This document shows, piece by piece, positions 16,142 to 26,651 of a stretch of 33,827 nt of DNA; the stretch's first letter is position 1, and every line of letters begins with the position of its first letter. This DNA comes from Bacillales bacterium UBA6448. GTDB taxonomy: Bacteria > Bacillota_I > Bacilli_A > RF39 > UBA660. The translations under genes were made by a program, and so were the position numbers. The notes below the pieces were generated by a model. It searched no databases, had not been told where the DNA came from, and saw nothing but the letters and a program-made list of their open reading frames with translations. Location: contig DJOC01000056.1 in the NCBI GenBank assembly GCA_002439555.1, positions 42,756 through 76,582 of the forward strand. The letters are read 5' to 3'.

Positions 16142-16972
16142 ATGGCTATAAGACATTATAAACCAGTTACAAATGGTAGAAGAGGCATGAGTACTCTTGT
16201 TAATGAAGAAATTACAACAAAATCTCCTACTAAAGGATTACTTGGAAAAGTTAAAAAAACTGGTGGTAGAAATAATCAAGGTAAAATGACTGTTAGACAC
16301 ATCGGTGGTGGAGCTAAAAGAAAATATCGTGTAATCGATTTTAAGAGAAATAAAATTGGTGTTACAGGTAGAGTTGCAACTATTGAATATGATCCAAATA
16401 GAACAGCAAATATTGCTTTAATTAATTACAAAGATGGAGAAAAAAGATATATTATTGCTCCAAAAGATTTAAAAGTAGGCGCTATAATTGAAAATGGTGA
16501 AAATGCTGATATTAAAGTTGGTAATGCATTACCACTAAAAAATATTCCAGTAGGTACACTTGTTCATTGTATAGAACTTAAACCTGGCAAAGGTGCTGAA
16601 ATTTGTCGTAGTGCTGGTGCATCTGCTCAAATTCTTGGTAGAGAAGATAAATATGTTCTTCTTAGACTTCAATCTGGAGAAACAAGAAAAGTTCTTGATA
16701 GATGTATGGCAACAATCGGTGTTGTTGGTAATGAAGATGCTAACCTAGTTAATATTGGTAAAGCTGGTAGAACTAGATATCTTGGAATTAGACCTACAAA
16801 CCGTGGTTCTGTAATGAACCCTAACGATCACCCACATGGTGGTGGAGAAGGACGTGCTCCAATTGGTAGAAAGAGTCCGATGACTCCTTGGGGTAAACCT
16901 GCTCTTGGTGTTAAAACTAGAAAACCTAAAAAGGCATCTAGTAAACTTATTATAAGTAGGAAGACTAAATAG
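16142..16972 (+). CDS. rplB: 50S ribosomal protein L2
   Basis: [14 protein letters not shown] and [13 protein letters not shown]. Confidence 0.98.
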   Translation: MAIRHYKPVTNGRRGMSTLVNEEITTKSPTKGLLGKVKKTGGRNNQGKMTVRHIGGGAKRKYRVIDFKRNKIGVTGRVATIEYDPNRTANIALINYKDGEKRYIIAPKDLKVGAIIENGENADIKVGNALPLKNIPVGTLVHCIELKPGKGAEICRSAGASAQILGREDKYVLLRLQSGETRKVLDRCMATIGVVGNEDANLVNIGKAGRTRYLGIRPTNRGSVMNPNDHPHGGGEGRAPIGRKSPMTPWGKPALGVKTRKPKKASSKLIISRKTK

Positions 16973-16981
16973 GGAGGAATA

Positions 16982-17245
16982 ATGGCAAGAAGTTTAAAAA
17001 AAGGTGCTTTCGTTGATGATAGCATTATGAAAAAAATTAATAAATTAAATGAAGAAAATAAAAAATCAGTAGTAAAAACTTGGTCAAGAAGAAGTACTAT
17101 TTATCCTGAATTTGTAGGACATACAATTGCAGTTCATAATGGTAAAGATTTTATACCTGTATACATTACTGAAGAAATGGTTGGTCATAAATTAGGAGAG
17201 TTCTCACAAACTCGTAAATTTACAGGCCACGCTGGAAATAAGTAG
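16982..17245 (+). CDS. rpsS: 30S ribosomal protein S19
   Basis: [17 protein letters not shown] and GHKLGEF. Confidence 0.96.
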   Translation: MARSLKKGAFVDDSIMKKINKLNEENKKSVVKTWSRRSTIYPEFVGHTIAVHNGKDFIPVYITEEMVGHKLGEFSQTRKFTGHAGNK

Positions 17246-17253
17246 GAGGTAAC

Positions 17254-17598
17254 ATGGAAACTTATGCAAAACATAATACTGCAATGATTAAACCTAGACT
17301 TGCAAGAATGACTATGGATTTAATTCGTGGAAAAGATGTTGAAACTGCAAGAGGAATTCTTGAAAATACTAATACTAAAGCTAGTAGAATGATTTTAAAA
17401 GTTTTAAACTCAGCAGCAGCAAATGCAGTAAATAATAATGGTGCTAATGAAAGTGATTTAGTTATTAGTAAATGTTTTATTAATCCAGGACCAATCTACA
17501 AGAGAATTCAATTCGCATCAAGAGGAAATGTTGATAGACACGATAAAAGAACAAGTCATATTGTTATATATGTTACTGATAATAAGGAGGCTAAATAA
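17254..17598 (+). CDS. rplV: 50S ribosomal protein L22
   Basis: Its position between rpsS and rps[16 protein letters not shown] and a C-terminal RTSHIVI. Confidence 0.95.
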   Translation: METYAKHNTAMIKPRLARMTMDLIRGKDVETARGILENTNTKASRMILKVLNSAAANAVNNNGANESDLVISKCFINPGPIYKRIQFASRGNVDRHDKRTSHIVIYVTDNKEAK

Positions 17599-17600
17599 TT

Positions 17601-18278
17601 ATGGGACAAAAAGTTAATCCTATAGGATATCGTATTGGTGTTAATAAAGATTGGGATTCTCGTTGGTATGCTGAAAAAGATTACTCAACTAAATTAATTA
17701 ACGATATCAAAATAAGAGAATACATTGAAAAAAATCTTAAAAGTGCTTCTATATCTAAAGTAGTAATTGAAAGAAGAAAAAATAAAGTTGAACTTACAAT
17801 TTATACTGCAAGACCTGGTGTTATAATTGGCCGTGGTGGAGAAGATATTGAAAAACTTAGAAAGAAAATTTCTAAACTTGTTAATGAAGAAATTTATATT
17901 AACATAGTTGAAGAAAAGAACCCTGATTTAAATGCTCAACTTGTTGCAGATAATATAGCAATGCAAATTGAAGCTCGTGCACCATTTAGAAGTGTTCAAA
18001 AAAGAGCTATCAGAAATACAATGAAAGCTGGAGCTAAAGGTATTAAAACTGCTGTATCAGGTAGACTTGGTGGAGCTGAAATGGCTAGAACTGAAGGTTA
18101 TACTGAAGGTACAGTTCCATTACATACAATCAGAGCTGATGTAGATTATGCTACTAGTGAAGCAAATACAATCTACGGAAAAATCGGAGTTAAAGTATGG
18201 ATTTATAAAGATGAAATACTTAAAACTAGAAATGTTAAGAAGGGAGAGATGAAAGATGTTAATGCCAAAAAGAACTAA
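17601..18278 (+). CDS. rpsC: 30S ribosomal protein S3
   Basis: [13 protein letters not shown] and KH-domain [11 protein letters not shown]. Confidence 0.97.
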   Translation: MGQKVNPIGYRIGVNKDWDSRWYAEKDYSTKLINDIKIREYIEKNLKSASISKVVIERRKNKVELTIYTARPGVIIGRGGEDIEKLRKKISKLVNEEIYINIVEEKNPDLNAQLVADNIAMQIEARAPFRSVQKRAIRNTMKAGAKGIKTAVSGRLGGAEMARTEGYTEGTVPLHTIRADVDYATSEANTIYGKIGVKVWIYKDEILKTRNVKKGEMKDVNAKKN

Positions 18279-18681
18279 ATATCGTAAAAGTCATAGATTA
18301 AGTTATGAAGGCAAAGCAAAAGGAAATCTTACCCTAACTAATGGTGAATTTGGCCTTATGGCTATGGAAGGCGGATGGATTTCTGCTAGACAAATTGAAG
18401 CTGCACGTATTGCAATGACTCGTTATATGAAACGTGGTGGTAAAGTATATATCAATATTTTCCCACATATGCCAAGAACTAGAAAACCTCTAGAAACTAG
18501 ACAAGGTAAAGGTAAAGGTAACGTTGAAGAATGGGTAGCTGTTGTAAAACAAGGAAAGATCATGTTTGAAATTAGTGATGTTTCTGAAGAAATCGCTAGA
18601 GAAGCTTTAAGACTTGCTTCTCATAAGCTTTCAATCAAAACTAAATTTGTTATGAAGGAGAGTGAAACTCTTGGAAATTAA
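18256..18681 (+). CDS. rplP: 50S ribosomal protein L16
   Basis: [11 protein letters not shown]. It overlaps the rpsC 3' end by 23 nt. Confidence 0.95.
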   Translation: MLMPKRTKYRKSHRLSYEGKAKGNLTLTNGEFGLMAMEGGWISARQIEAARIAMTRYMKRGGKVYINIFPHMPRTRKPLETRQGKGKGNVEEWVAVVKQGKIMFEISDVSEEIAREALRLASHKLSIKTKFVMKESETLGN

Positions 18682-18871
18682 TGAAATAAGAAAATTAAGT
18701 AATGAAGATATTAAAAAGAAGATCGTAGAAGATAAAGAAGAACTATTCAAAAATAGATTAGCTCAATCTTCTGGAACTTTAGAAAAACCTGTAGTTTTAA
18801 GACAACTTCGTAAAGAAATTGCAAGACTTAAAACTGTATTAACAGAAAGAGAAATGGATGGTGAAAAATAA
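18671..18871 (+). CDS. rpmC: 50S ribosomal protein L29
   Basis: (M)[24 protein letters not shown] aligns with the usual M-x-x-x-EIR L29 N-terminus if TTG 18671 is the start, about 9 nt after AAGGAGAG. The track's GTG 18662 sits directly against the SD. The start is uncertain by 9 nt. Confidence 0.85.
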   Translation: MEINEIRKLSNEDIKKKIVEDKEELFKNRLAQSSGTLEKPVVLRQLRKEIARLKTVLTEREMDGEK

Positions 18872-19128
18872 TGGAAAAAGCAAAACAAGAATTAATTGGT
18901 AAAGTTGTTAGCGATAAAAACGATAAAACAATTACTGTTTTAGTAGAAACTTATAAAAAACATCCATTATATGGTAAAAGAGTTAAATATTCTAAAAAAT
19001 ATGCTGCTCATGATGAAAAGAATGAAGCAAAAGTAGGAGATACAGTTAGAATTTCAATGACTAGACCTTTATCAAAAACTAAAAGATATGAATTAGTTGA
19101 AGTTGTTGAAAAAGCTGTAATTTTATAG
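18871..19128 (+). CDS. rpsQ: 30S ribosomal protein S17
   Basis: [17 protein letters not shown] and [13 protein letters not shown]. Confidence 0.96.
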   Translation: MEKAKQELIGKVVSDKNDKTITVLVETYKKHPLYGKRVKYSKKYAAHDEKNEAKVGDTVRISMTRPLSKTKRYELVEVVEKAVIL

Positions 19129-19139
19129 GAGGTAATATT

Positions 19140-19508
19140 ATGGTAATGCAAGAAAGTAGATTAAAAGTTGCTGATAACTCTGGTGCAAGAGAACTTTTAG
19201 TTATCCGTGTTATGGGTGGAAGTAAAGTTAAAAGTGCTAATATCGGTGATGTAATCGTTGGTACTGTTAAAAAAGCTATACCTAATAGTCCTGTAAAAGA
19301 AGGTAAAGTTGTAAAAGCAGTTATAGTAAGAACTGTTCAAGGTGTTAGAAGAAAAGATGGAAGTTATATTAAATTTGATGACAATGCTTGCGTATTAATC
19401 AAAGATGATAAAACTCCAATTGGTACAAGAGTTCTAGGCCCAGTTGCTAGAGAACTTCGTGAAAAAGAATATCACAAGATTGTATCACTTGCACCTGAGG
19501 TTTTATAG
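19140..19508 (+). CDS. rplN: 50S ribosomal protein L14
   Basis: [14 protein letters not shown]. 122 aa. Confidence 0.97.
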   Translation: MVMQESRLKVADNSGARELLVIRVMGGSKVKSANIGDVIVGTVKKAIPNSPVKEGKVVKAVIVRTVQGVRRKDGSYIKFDDNACVLIKDDKTPIGTRVLGPVARELREKEYHKIVSLAPEVL

Positions 19509-19516
19509 GAGGATAT

Positions 19517-19825
19517 ATGAAAGTTAAAGTAGGAGATAAAGTATTAGTTATTGCTGGAAAAGACAAAGGTAAAGAAGGCAAAGTAATTAAAACTTATAAA
19601 AAATTAGATAAAGTTGTTGTAGAAGGCTTAAATATGGTTAAGAAACATTCTAAACCTAGAACTACTGAAGACAAAGGTGGAATATTTGATATTGAAGCAC
19701 CTATTCATGTATCTAATGTAAAAGTTATAAACAATAATAAAGAAGAAAAAGCTAAAGTAGTTAAATCTGAAGAAAAGAAAGAAACTTCAAAAAAGAAAAC
19801 TACTAGCAAAAAGGAAGCAAAGTAG
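19517..19825 (+). CDS. rplX: 50S ribosomal protein L24 (Lys/Glu-rich low-complexity C-terminus)
   Basis: [20 protein letters not shown] (KOW motif) and EAPIHVSNV. Confidence 0.95.
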   Translation: MKVKVGDKVLVIAGKDKGKEGKVIKTYKKLDKVVVEGLNMVKKHSKPRTTEDKGGIFDIEAPIHVSNVKVINNNKEEKAKVVKSEEKKETSKKKTTSKKEAK

Positions 19826-19832
19826 GTGAATT

Positions 19833-20372
19833 ATGAGTAATTTTAAAACTTTATATGAAAAAGAAATTAAAAATAGTTTAATGAAGGAATATAATTATAC
19901 TACTGTAATGCAAGTTCCTAAAATCACTAAAATCGTAATTAATATGGGTGTTGGTGAAGGTGCTAATGATTCTAAATTCATTGATGCTGCAGTAAAAGAT
20001 TTAACTTTAATTGCTGGTCAAAAACCTGTAGTTACTAAAGCTCATAAATCAATTGCTGGTTTTAAATTAAGAGAGGGACAACCTATTGGTGTTAAAGTAA
20101 CTCTTCGTGGTGAAAATATGTATGCTTTCTTAGAAAAATTAATTAAGATTGCACTTCCTCGTGTTAGAGATTTCAGAGGTGTATCACCAAAAAGTTTTGA
20201 TGGTAAAGGAAACTTTACTATGGGAGTTAAAGAACAACTTATATTCCCTGAAATAAATTATGACGATGTTTTAAAAGTTAGAGGAATGGATATTGTTATT
20301 GTTACAACTGCAAAATCTAATGATGAAGCACGTTCATTACTAAAAGCATTTGGAATGCCTTTTAGAGGATAA
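19833..20372 (+). CDS. rplE: 50S ribosomal protein L5
   Basis: Cluster position. [15 protein letters not shown] and [10 protein letters not shown]. Confidence 0.96.
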   Translation: MSNFKTLYEKEIKNSLMKEYNYTTVMQVPKITKIVINMGVGEGANDSKFIDAAVKDLTLIAGQKPVVTKAHKSIAGFKLREGQPIGVKVTLRGENMYAFLEKLIKIALPRVRDFRGVSPKSFDGKGNFTMGVKEQLIFPEINYDDVLKVRGMDIVIVTTAKSNDEARSLLKAFGMPFRG

Positions 20373-20384
20373 GGAGAGTAAAAT

Positions 20385-20570
20385 ATGGCAAAAACAAGTA
20401 TGATTGTAAAAAATAATCGTAAACCTAAATTTCAAGTTAGAGCTTATACTAGATGCAAAAGATGTGGTAGACCTCACGGTGTACTAAGAAAATTTGGATT
20501 ATGTCGTATTTGCTTCAGAGAACTTGCTAATAAAGGACAAATTCCAGGCGTTAAGAAGTCTAGTTGGTAG
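20385..20570 (+). CDS. rpsN: 30S ribosomal protein S14, type Z (zinc-binding)
   Basis: 61 aa with CKRCGRPHG...CRICFRE (CxxC...CxxC). Confidence 0.96.
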   Translation: MAKTSMIVKNNRKPKFQVRAYTRCKRCGRPHGVLRKFGLCRICFRELANKGQIPGVKKSSW

Positions 20571-20585
20571 AAAGGAGATATAATA

Positions 20586-20984
20586 ATGTTTGTACAAGAT
20601 AAAATAGCAGATATGCTAACAAGAATAAGAAATGCAAATCAAATGAGATACACTGAAGTTGAAGTTGAAGGAACTAAAATGACTAAAGGTATCGCTGAAA
20701 TTCTTAAAAATGAAGGTTATATCGCTGATTACAAATATACAAAAAATAGTAATGGTGATAAAATGACTTTAACTTTAAAATATGGAAATAAAAAAGAAAG
20801 AGTTATTACTGGATTAAAAAGAATTAGTAAATCAGGCTTAAGAGTTTATGCTCAAGCAGATAAACTTCCTAGAGTATTAAATGGTTTAGGAATTGCAATT
20901 ATATCTACTTCTAAAGGCTTAATGACTGATAAAGAAGCTAGAGAAAAAGGGTTAGGAGGTGAAGTACTTGCCTATATTTGGTAA
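20586..20984 (+). CDS. rpsH: 30S ribosomal protein S8
   Basis: [14 protein letters not shown] and a C-terminal GGEVLAYIW. Confidence 0.97.
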   Translation: MFVQDKIADMLTRIRNANQMRYTEVEVEGTKMTKGIAEILKNEGYIADYKYTKNSNGDKMTLTLKYGNKKERVITGLKRISKSGLRVYAQADKLPRVLNGLGIAIISTSKGLMTDKEAREKGLGGEVLAYIW

Positions 20985-20991
20985 GTAGTCT

Positions 20992-21531
20992 ATGAGTAGA
21001 ATTGGTAATAGAAAACTAACTATCCCTGAAGGTGTAACAGTTTCATTTAATGATGGTATTGTTACTGTAAAAGGAGCTAAAGGACAGTTAACTCTTCCTG
21101 TTAGTCCTTTAGTTAAAGTAGTTATTGAAGGTAATGAAATTACTACTGAAAAAGTTAAAGATACTAAAGAAGCAAATATTCTTTCAGGAACAACAAATTC
21201 AAATATCAATAATATGTTAATTGGTGTTAGCACTGGTTATACAAAAGATTTAGAGGCTGTTGGTGTAGGATACCGTTTCAGTGTATCAGGAAATAAAATT
21301 GTTGTATCTGCTGGATACTCACATACAATTGATGTTGTAGTACCTAGTGGTATAACTGTTACAAGTCCATCAAATACAGAACTTTCTATTAGTGGATTTG
21401 ATAAACAAAAAGTTTCTGAATTTGCGGCAAATATTCGTAAAATTCGTGAACCAGAACCTTATAAAGGTAAAGGAATACGTTATAAAGGCGAACATATCCG
21501 TCGTAAAGAAGGAAAGAAAGCGGCTAAGTAA
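20992..21531 (+). CDS. rplF: 50S ribosomal protein L6
   Basis: MSRIGNRKLTIPEGV and EPYKGKGIRYKGE. Confidence 0.96.
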   Translation: MSRIGNRKLTIPEGVTVSFNDGIVTVKGAKGQLTLPVSPLVKVVIEGNEITTEKVKDTKEANILSGTTNSNINNMLIGVSTGYTKDLEAVGVGYRFSVSGNKIVVSAGYSHTIDVVVPSGITVTSPSNTELSISGFDKQKVSEFAANIRKIREPEPYKGKGIRYKGEHIRRKEGKKAAK

Positions 21532-21545
21532 AGGAGTAAAATGTT

Positions 21546-21899
21546 ATGAATAGTAAAGAAAAAAGAGAAGCTAGATTAAGAAGACATACAAGAGTTAGAA
21601 AAAGTATTTCTGGAACACCTGAAGTACCTAGACTAAATGTATTTAGATCTAATAAAGCTATTTATGCTCAAGTTATTGATGACACAAAAGGTGAAACTTT
21701 AGTTAGCTCATCAACTCTTGAACTTAAAATTAGAAATGGTGGTAATATTGAAGCAGCAGCTGCTGTAGGAAAAGATATTGCTGAAAAATGTAAAAAAGCA
21801 AAAATTAATAAAGTAGTATTTGACCGTGGTGGATTCTTATATCATGGAAGAGTAGCAGCTTTAGCTGATGCAGCAAGAGAAGCTGGATTAGAGTTTTAA
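21546..21899 (+). CDS. rplR: 50S ribosomal protein L18
   Basis: [33 protein letters not shown] and [12 protein letters not shown]. Confidence 0.96.
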   Translation: MNSKEKREARLRRHTRVRKSISGTPEVPRLNVFRSNKAIYAQVIDDTKGETLVSSSTLELKIRNGGNIEAAAAVGKDIAEKCKKAKINKVVFDRGGFLYHGRVAALADAAREAGLEF

Positions 21900-21908
21900 G
21901 GAGGCATT

Positions 21909-22412
21909 ATGGCAAAAGATTTTGATAAACAAAAAAATAATTTATTAGAAGAAAAAGTTATTAATATAGGAAGAGTAACAAAAGTTACTCAAGGTGGAAG
22001 ACATTTTAGATTTTCTGCAACTGTAGCTGTTGGTAATCGTAAAGGTTTAATTGGTATTGGAACTGGTAAAGCAAATGAAGTTCCTGAAGCAATTAAAAAA
22101 GCATTACAAGCCGCTAATAAAAATGTTGTAAAAATTTCCCTTGTTGATAATAGAACAATACCTCACGAAGCAACTTATAAAGTTGGTAGAGCAGTAGTTT
22201 TATTAAAACCTGCTAAAGAAGGTCGTGGAATTATCGCTGGTGGAGCAGCAAGAGCAGTTCTTGAACTTGCTGGTGTTAAAGACATCGTTGCTAAATCTTT
22301 AGGAAGTAATACTCAAGTTAATGTTGCAAAAGCTACTTTAGGTGCGCTTACAATGCAAAGAACTAAGGAACATATTGCTGAACTTAGATCAAAGAAAGTT
22401 GAGGAATTATAA
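21909..22412 (+). CDS. rpsE: 30S ribosomal protein S5
   Basis: VINIGRVTKVTQGGRHFRFSA. Confidence 0.97.
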   Translation: MAKDFDKQKNNLLEEKVINIGRVTKVTQGGRHFRFSATVAVGNRKGLIGIGTGKANEVPEAIKKALQAANKNVVKISLVDNRTIPHEATYKVGRAVVLLKPAKEGRGIIAGGAARAVLELAGVKDIVAKSLGSNTQVNVAKATLGALTMQRTKEHIAELRSKKVEEL

Positions 22413-22855
22413 TGAGATTAGAAAATTTACCAAAAACTAGCGAAATGAAAGCTAGAAAAAGAGTTGGTAGAGGCCCAGGAAGTGGAATGGGTAAAACTTC
22501 AACTCGTGGAGAAAACGGACAAAAATCTAGAAGTGGTGCTTCAATTAAACCTTGGTTCCAAGGTGGACAATCTCCACTTTATAGAAGAATTCCTAAAAGA
22601 GGATTTAACAATGCAAATTTTGCTAACAGATTCGCAACGATTAATTTATCAGATTTAAATAGATACTTTAATGATGGTGATGTTGTTACTCCTGAAGTAT
22701 TATTTGAAAGAAGAATTCTTAAAAAGGGATTAAATGGAGTTAAAATTTTAGGAAATGGTACTTTAGATAAAAAATTAACTATTAAAGCTAATCGTTTCAC
22801 TAGTGCTGCCGTTACTAAAATTAATGATGCTGGTGGTAAAGCTGAGGTGATTTAG
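22412..22855 (+). CDS. rplO: 50S ribosomal protein L15
   Basis: GRGPGSGMGKTSTRG. Its start overlaps the rpsE stop (TAATG), so no rpmD lies between them. Confidence 0.96.
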   Translation: MRLENLPKTSEMKARKRVGRGPGSGMGKTSTRGENGQKSRSGASIKPWFQGGQSPLYRRIPKRGFNNANFANRFATINLSDLNRYFNDGDVVTPEVLFERRILKKGLNGVKILGNGTLDKKLTIKANRFTSAAVTKINDAGGKAEVI

Positions 22856-22856
22856 A

Positions 22857-24119
22857 ATGTTTCGTGGTTTTTCAGGATTTTTTAATAAAAGTAATAAAGA
22901 CTTAAGAAAAAAAATCTATTTTACAATGATGTGTTTAGGAATATTTTGTTTAGGTACAACTATAACAATTCCTTGGGCATCAGCAGTATATGAAGAACTA
23001 GGTTTTCTAGAAATATTCAATGTAATGAGTGGTGGAGGTCTATCAAATTTCTCAATATTTGCTCTAGGCGTTTCCCCTTATATTACAGCCTCAATTATTA
23101 CTGAAATTTTACAAATGGATATTGTACCTTACTTTAAAGATCTTAAAGATCAAGGTTACACTGGAAGACAAAAGATTAACAAAATTACTAGATATTTAGG
23201 TATATTTATTGCCTTTTTACAAGCATATGCTTTAACTGCTTTCTATATGAAAGGGTTAACAGCTATGGAAATTATTAAGACTACATTAGTAATGGTTGCT
23301 GGTACATCTTTCTGTATGTGGATGGGTGATCAAATTACTAATAAAGGTATTGGTAATGGTCAATCAATGCTTATAATGGCAGGTATTATTCAAAGTATGC
23401 CAAATATTTTTAGAGGAGCATTTACTTCACTTGTAATGGGAAGTTTTTCAAAAACTGTAGGAATTATATTATTTAGTTTATTTGTACTTGTGTATGTTAT
23501 TGTTATTGTGGGAATTATTTGGGTTCAACTTGCTGAAAGAAGAATACCAATTCAATATTCTAATAGAACAACTTCTGCATATGGTGCACAAACAAACTAT
23601 TTACCATTAAAAATAAATTCTGCAAGTGTTATTCCAGTAATATTTGCTTCAATAGTTACAACTATTCCAGCAACAATCGTTACCTTAATTGGTAAACAAA
23701 GTGCAATAGATTTTGTAAATAAATATATTATATACACTTCTACTACTGGATTTATATTATATTTGGTTTTAATAGTAGTATTTGCTTACTTCTATACATT
23801 CCTTGTTATGAATCCAGATGAAATGAGTAAAAACTTAAATGAGAATGGTGGTTACATTCCTGGTATTAGACCTGGTAGTGATACATCTAAATATATTAGT
23901 AATTCACTATCTAAATTAACACTAGTTGGTGCACTATTCTTAGTAATCTTAGCAGGAATGCCTATATTACTTTCAAAGCTTACTTCACTTCCATCATATG
24001 TAACAATTGGTGGAACAGGTATATTAATTGTTGTAGGTGTTGCAATTGAAACATATAAACAATTAGAAAGTAGTCTTGTAAGTAGAAGTTATTCCTCTAA
24101 GAGAAAGAGATTAAGATGA
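22857..24119 (+). CDS. secY: preprotein translocase subunit SecY
   Basis: 10-TM protein with FALGVSPYITASII and MWMGDQITNKGIGNG. Cluster position supports the call. Confidence 0.97.
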   Translation: MFRGFSGFFNKSNKDLRKKIYFTMMCLGIFCLGTTITIPWASAVYEELGFLEIFNVMSGGGLSNFSIFALGVSPYITASIITEILQMDIVPYFKDLKDQGYTGRQKINKITRYLGIFIAFLQAYALTAFYMKGLTAMEIIKTTLVMVAGTSFCMWMGDQITNKGIGNGQSMLIMAGIIQSMPNIFRGAFTSLVMGSFSKTVGIILFSLFVLVYVIVIVGIIWVQLAERRIPIQYSNRTTSAYGAQTNYLPLKINSASVIPVIFASIVTTIPATIVTLIGKQSAIDFVNKYIIYTSTTGFILYLVLIVVFAYFYTFLVMNPDEMSKNLNENGGYIPGIRPGSDTSKYISNSLSKLTLVGALFLVILAGMPILLSKLTSLPSYVTIGGTGILIVVGVAIETYKQLESSLVSRSYSSKRKRLR

Positions 24120-24763
24120 AAAACATAATATTTTTAGCACCGCCTGCTGCAGGTAAAGGTACTTGTAGCGACATACTTAAAAATACTTATGATTGTGAAC
24201 ATATTTCTACTGGGGCTATTTTAAGAAGTGAGATTGCTTCTCAAAGTAGCCTTGGCAAAGAAATAAAAGAAATAATCGATGCTGGCAAACTTGTTAGTGA
24301 TGATTATATGATTAAATTAATCGAAGAAACATTATCTAAATTAGACAAACCATTTATTTTAGATGGATTTCCTAGAACAATTAATCAAGCACAAAATTTA
24401 AGTATTTTATTTGATAAATTAAATATTAGTAATTATGTTGTTATTTATTTAAATATTGATAAAGACCTTGCTTTAAAACGAACACTTGGAAGAGTTACCT
24501 GTGATAAGTGTGGAAGAAGTTATAACATTTTCTTCGATGGTTTTAAACCAAAAGTTGAAGGAATATGTGATGATTGCAAAACTCCACTTACTGTCAGAAC
24601 AGACGATAATGAAGAAAGTTTTAAAGTTCGCTTTGACACATATGTTCAAAATACTTTACCAATAATACAGTATTATAAAAATTTAAATAAATTAGTAGAA
24701 ATTGATGTTAATAACAAAGATTTAGATTTAAAAGAAAAATTAATGGAGATTCTAAGTGATTAA
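24116..24763 (+). CDS. adk: adenylate kinase (zinc-lid type) with an atypical P-loop
   Basis: P-loop APPAAGKGT, FILDGFPRT, and lid CDKCGRSY...CDDC. ATGA overlap with secY. Confidence 0.92.
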   Translation: MKNIIFLAPPAAGKGTCSDILKNTYDCEHISTGAILRSEIASQSSLGKEIKEIIDAGKLVSDDYMIKLIEETLSKLDKPFILDGFPRTINQAQNLSILFDKLNISNYVVIYLNIDKDLALKRTLGRVTCDKCGRSYNIFFDGFKPKVEGICDDCKTPLTVRTDDNEESFKVRFDTYVQNTLPIIQYYKNLNKLVEIDVNNKDLDLKEKLMEILSD

Positions 24764-25499
24764 TATTAAAAGTAAAAGAGAAATTGAACTTATGAAAGAA
24801 AGTGGTCATATCAACTTTCTAGCTCATGAGGAAATAAAAAAACATCTTAAAGTTGGTGTATCACTTAACGAGTTAAATGACATTGTTGATGCATTTATTC
24901 GTAAAAATGGTGCAATACCTTCGGAACTTAATTTTGAGGGTTTTCCCAAAAGTGTTTGTTTATCTTTAAACGATGAAGTAGTTCACGGTATTCCAGATAA
25001 TCGAAAACTTAAAAATGGTGATATATTAAAAGTTGATTTAACTGTTAGATTTAAAGGATATGAAAGTGATAGTGCAAGAACTTATATTATTGGAAATGTT
25101 TCTGATGATGTAAGAGGTTTAGTTGAAAATACTAAAAATGCTCTATATGAAGGATTAAGTGTTGTAAAAGCAGGAATTCCTTTATCACTAATAGGTAAAA
25201 CTATTGAAGACTATGCCCATAAAAATGGACTTTCAGTAGTCGAAGAGTTAGTGGGTCATGGTATTGGAACTTCAATGCACGAAGATCCAGATGTACCAAA
25301 CTTTTATACAAAAACAAATGTTATCTTAAAAGAGGGAATGACAATTTGTATTGAACCAATGCTTAATTTAGGTAAAAGATATGTTTATCTTGATGATAAT
25401 GATTGGACAGTAAAAACTGAAGATGGAATGCCAAGTGCACATTTTGAACACACAATTGTAGTTACTAAAGATGGATATGAAATTTTAACGGGAGAGTGA
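24756..25499 (+). CDS. map: type I methionine aminopeptidase
   Basis: GTG start after GGAG. VHGIP, DLTV..GY.SD, GHGIG, the EP.. block, and a C-terminal HFEHTIVVT. Confidence 0.95.
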   Translation: MINIKSKREIELMKESGHINFLAHEEIKKHLKVGVSLNELNDIVDAFIRKNGAIPSELNFEGFPKSVCLSLNDEVVHGIPDNRKLKNGDILKVDLTVRFKGYESDSARTYIIGNVSDDVRGLVENTKNALYEGLSVVKAGIPLSLIGKTIEDYAHKNGLSVVEELVGHGIGTSMHEDPDVPNFYTKTNVILKEGMTICIEPMLNLGKRYVYLDDNDWTVKTEDGMPSAHFEHTIVVTKDGYEILTGE

Positions 25500-25509
25500 G
25501 AAAAATAAT

Positions 25510-25734
25510 ATGGCTAATAAGAAAAATGATAAAATAGAAGTGGAAGGGAAAGTTATTGAAGTCCTAAAAGGTAGTGACTATTTAGTTGAACTTCCAAATG
25601 GACATACTGTAAAAGCCTACGTTTCTGGTAAAATGCGTATTAATATGATTCGTATCTTACCGGGTGATACCGTTACAGTAGAACTTTCACCTTATGATTT
25701 AACACGTGGGATAATTACATGGAATAAAAGATAG
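25510..25734 (+). CDS. infA: translation initiation factor IF-1
   Basis: 74 aa with an S1-like fold. [16 protein letters not shown] and [19 protein letters not shown]. Confidence 0.96.
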   Translation: MANKKNDKIEVEGKVIEVLKGSDYLVELPNGHTVKAYVSGKMRINMIRILPGDTVTVELSPYDLTRGIITWNKR

Positions 25735-25743
25735 GAGGATATT

Positions 25744-25857
25744 ATGAAAGTTAGACCATCTGTAAAAAAGATATGTAAAAAATGTAAAGTTATAAGAAGA
25801 AAAGGAAAAGTTATGGTTATTTGTAATAACCCTAAGCATAAACAAGTTCAAGGATAG
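25744..25857 (+). CDS. rpmJ: 50S ribosomal protein L36 (not in the ORF track)
   Basis: My translation of 25744-25857 is [37 protein letters not shown]. An AGGAGG RBS lies upstream, and it sits in the canonical slot between infA and rpsM. Confidence 0.95.
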   Translation: MKVRPSVKKICKKCKVIRRKGKVMVICNNPKHKQVQG

Positions 25858-25865
25858 GAGAAATT

Positions 25866-26240
25866 ATGGCGAGAATTAAAAATATTGAATTACCTAATGA
25901 AAAACATACTTGGATAGGACTTACTGCTATCTATGGTATTGGACCAAATTTAGGTAAAACTATTTGTAAAGATGCAAATGTTGAATCAACTAAAAAAATT
26001 AAAGATTTAACAGAAGAAGAAATAGCTGCACTTCGTAAAGAAGTTGACAAACATACAACTGAAGGTGATCTTCGTAGAGAAGTTCAAATGAACATTAAAA
26101 ACAAAATGGAAATAAATTCTTATCAAGGTATAAGACATAAAAAAGGACTTCCTGTAAGAGGTCAAAGAACTAGCCGCAACGCTCATACTAGAAAAGGTAG
26201 AGGAAAAGTTGTTGCTAATAAGAAAAAGGTTTCAAAGTAG
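25866..26240 (+). CDS. rpsM: 30S ribosomal protein S13
   Basis: MARIKNIELP, GIGPN, and YQGIRHKKGLPVRGQRT. Confidence 0.97.
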   Translation: MARIKNIELPNEKHTWIGLTAIYGIGPNLGKTICKDANVESTKKIKDLTEEEIAALRKEVDKHTTEGDLRREVQMNIKNKMEINSYQGIRHKKGLPVRGQRTSRNAHTRKGRGKVVANKKKVSK

Positions 26241-26250
26241 GTGAGATAAT

Positions 26251-26634
26251 ATGGCATATAATAGAAGAAAAAAGAAAAATAAAATTAATGTTACTGAAGC
26301 AGAAGCACATATTCATGCAACATATAATAACACAATCGTAACTATTTGCGACCATAATGGTAATGCAATTAGTTGGTCATCTGCTGGAAGAATTGGTTAT
26401 AAAGGTAGTAAAAAGAAAACTCCTTTTGCTGCTGGACTTTCTGCAGAAGCTGCTGCAAATGCTGCTAAAGATCAAGGTGTTGTAAAAGTTGATGTTTATG
26501 TAAAAGGTTTAGGACCAGGAAGAGAAAATGCTATTCGTAGTATTCAATCAGCTGGACTTGAAATTACTAGTATAACTGATGAAACACCGGTTCCACACAA
26601 TGGTTGTAGACCACCAAAAAGACCAAGAAATTAA
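26251..26634 (+). CDS. rpsK: 30S ribosomal protein S11
   Basis: [24 protein letters not shown], and a C-terminal [15 protein letters not shown]. Confidence 0.97.
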   Translation: MAYNRRKKKNKINVTEAEAHIHATYNNTIVTICDHNGNAISWSSAGRIGYKGSKKKTPFAAGLSAEAAANAAKDQGVVKVDVYVKGLGPGRENAIRSIQSAGLEITSITDETPVPHNGCRPPKRPRN

Positions 26635-26651
26635 TAAAAGGGAGGGTAATT

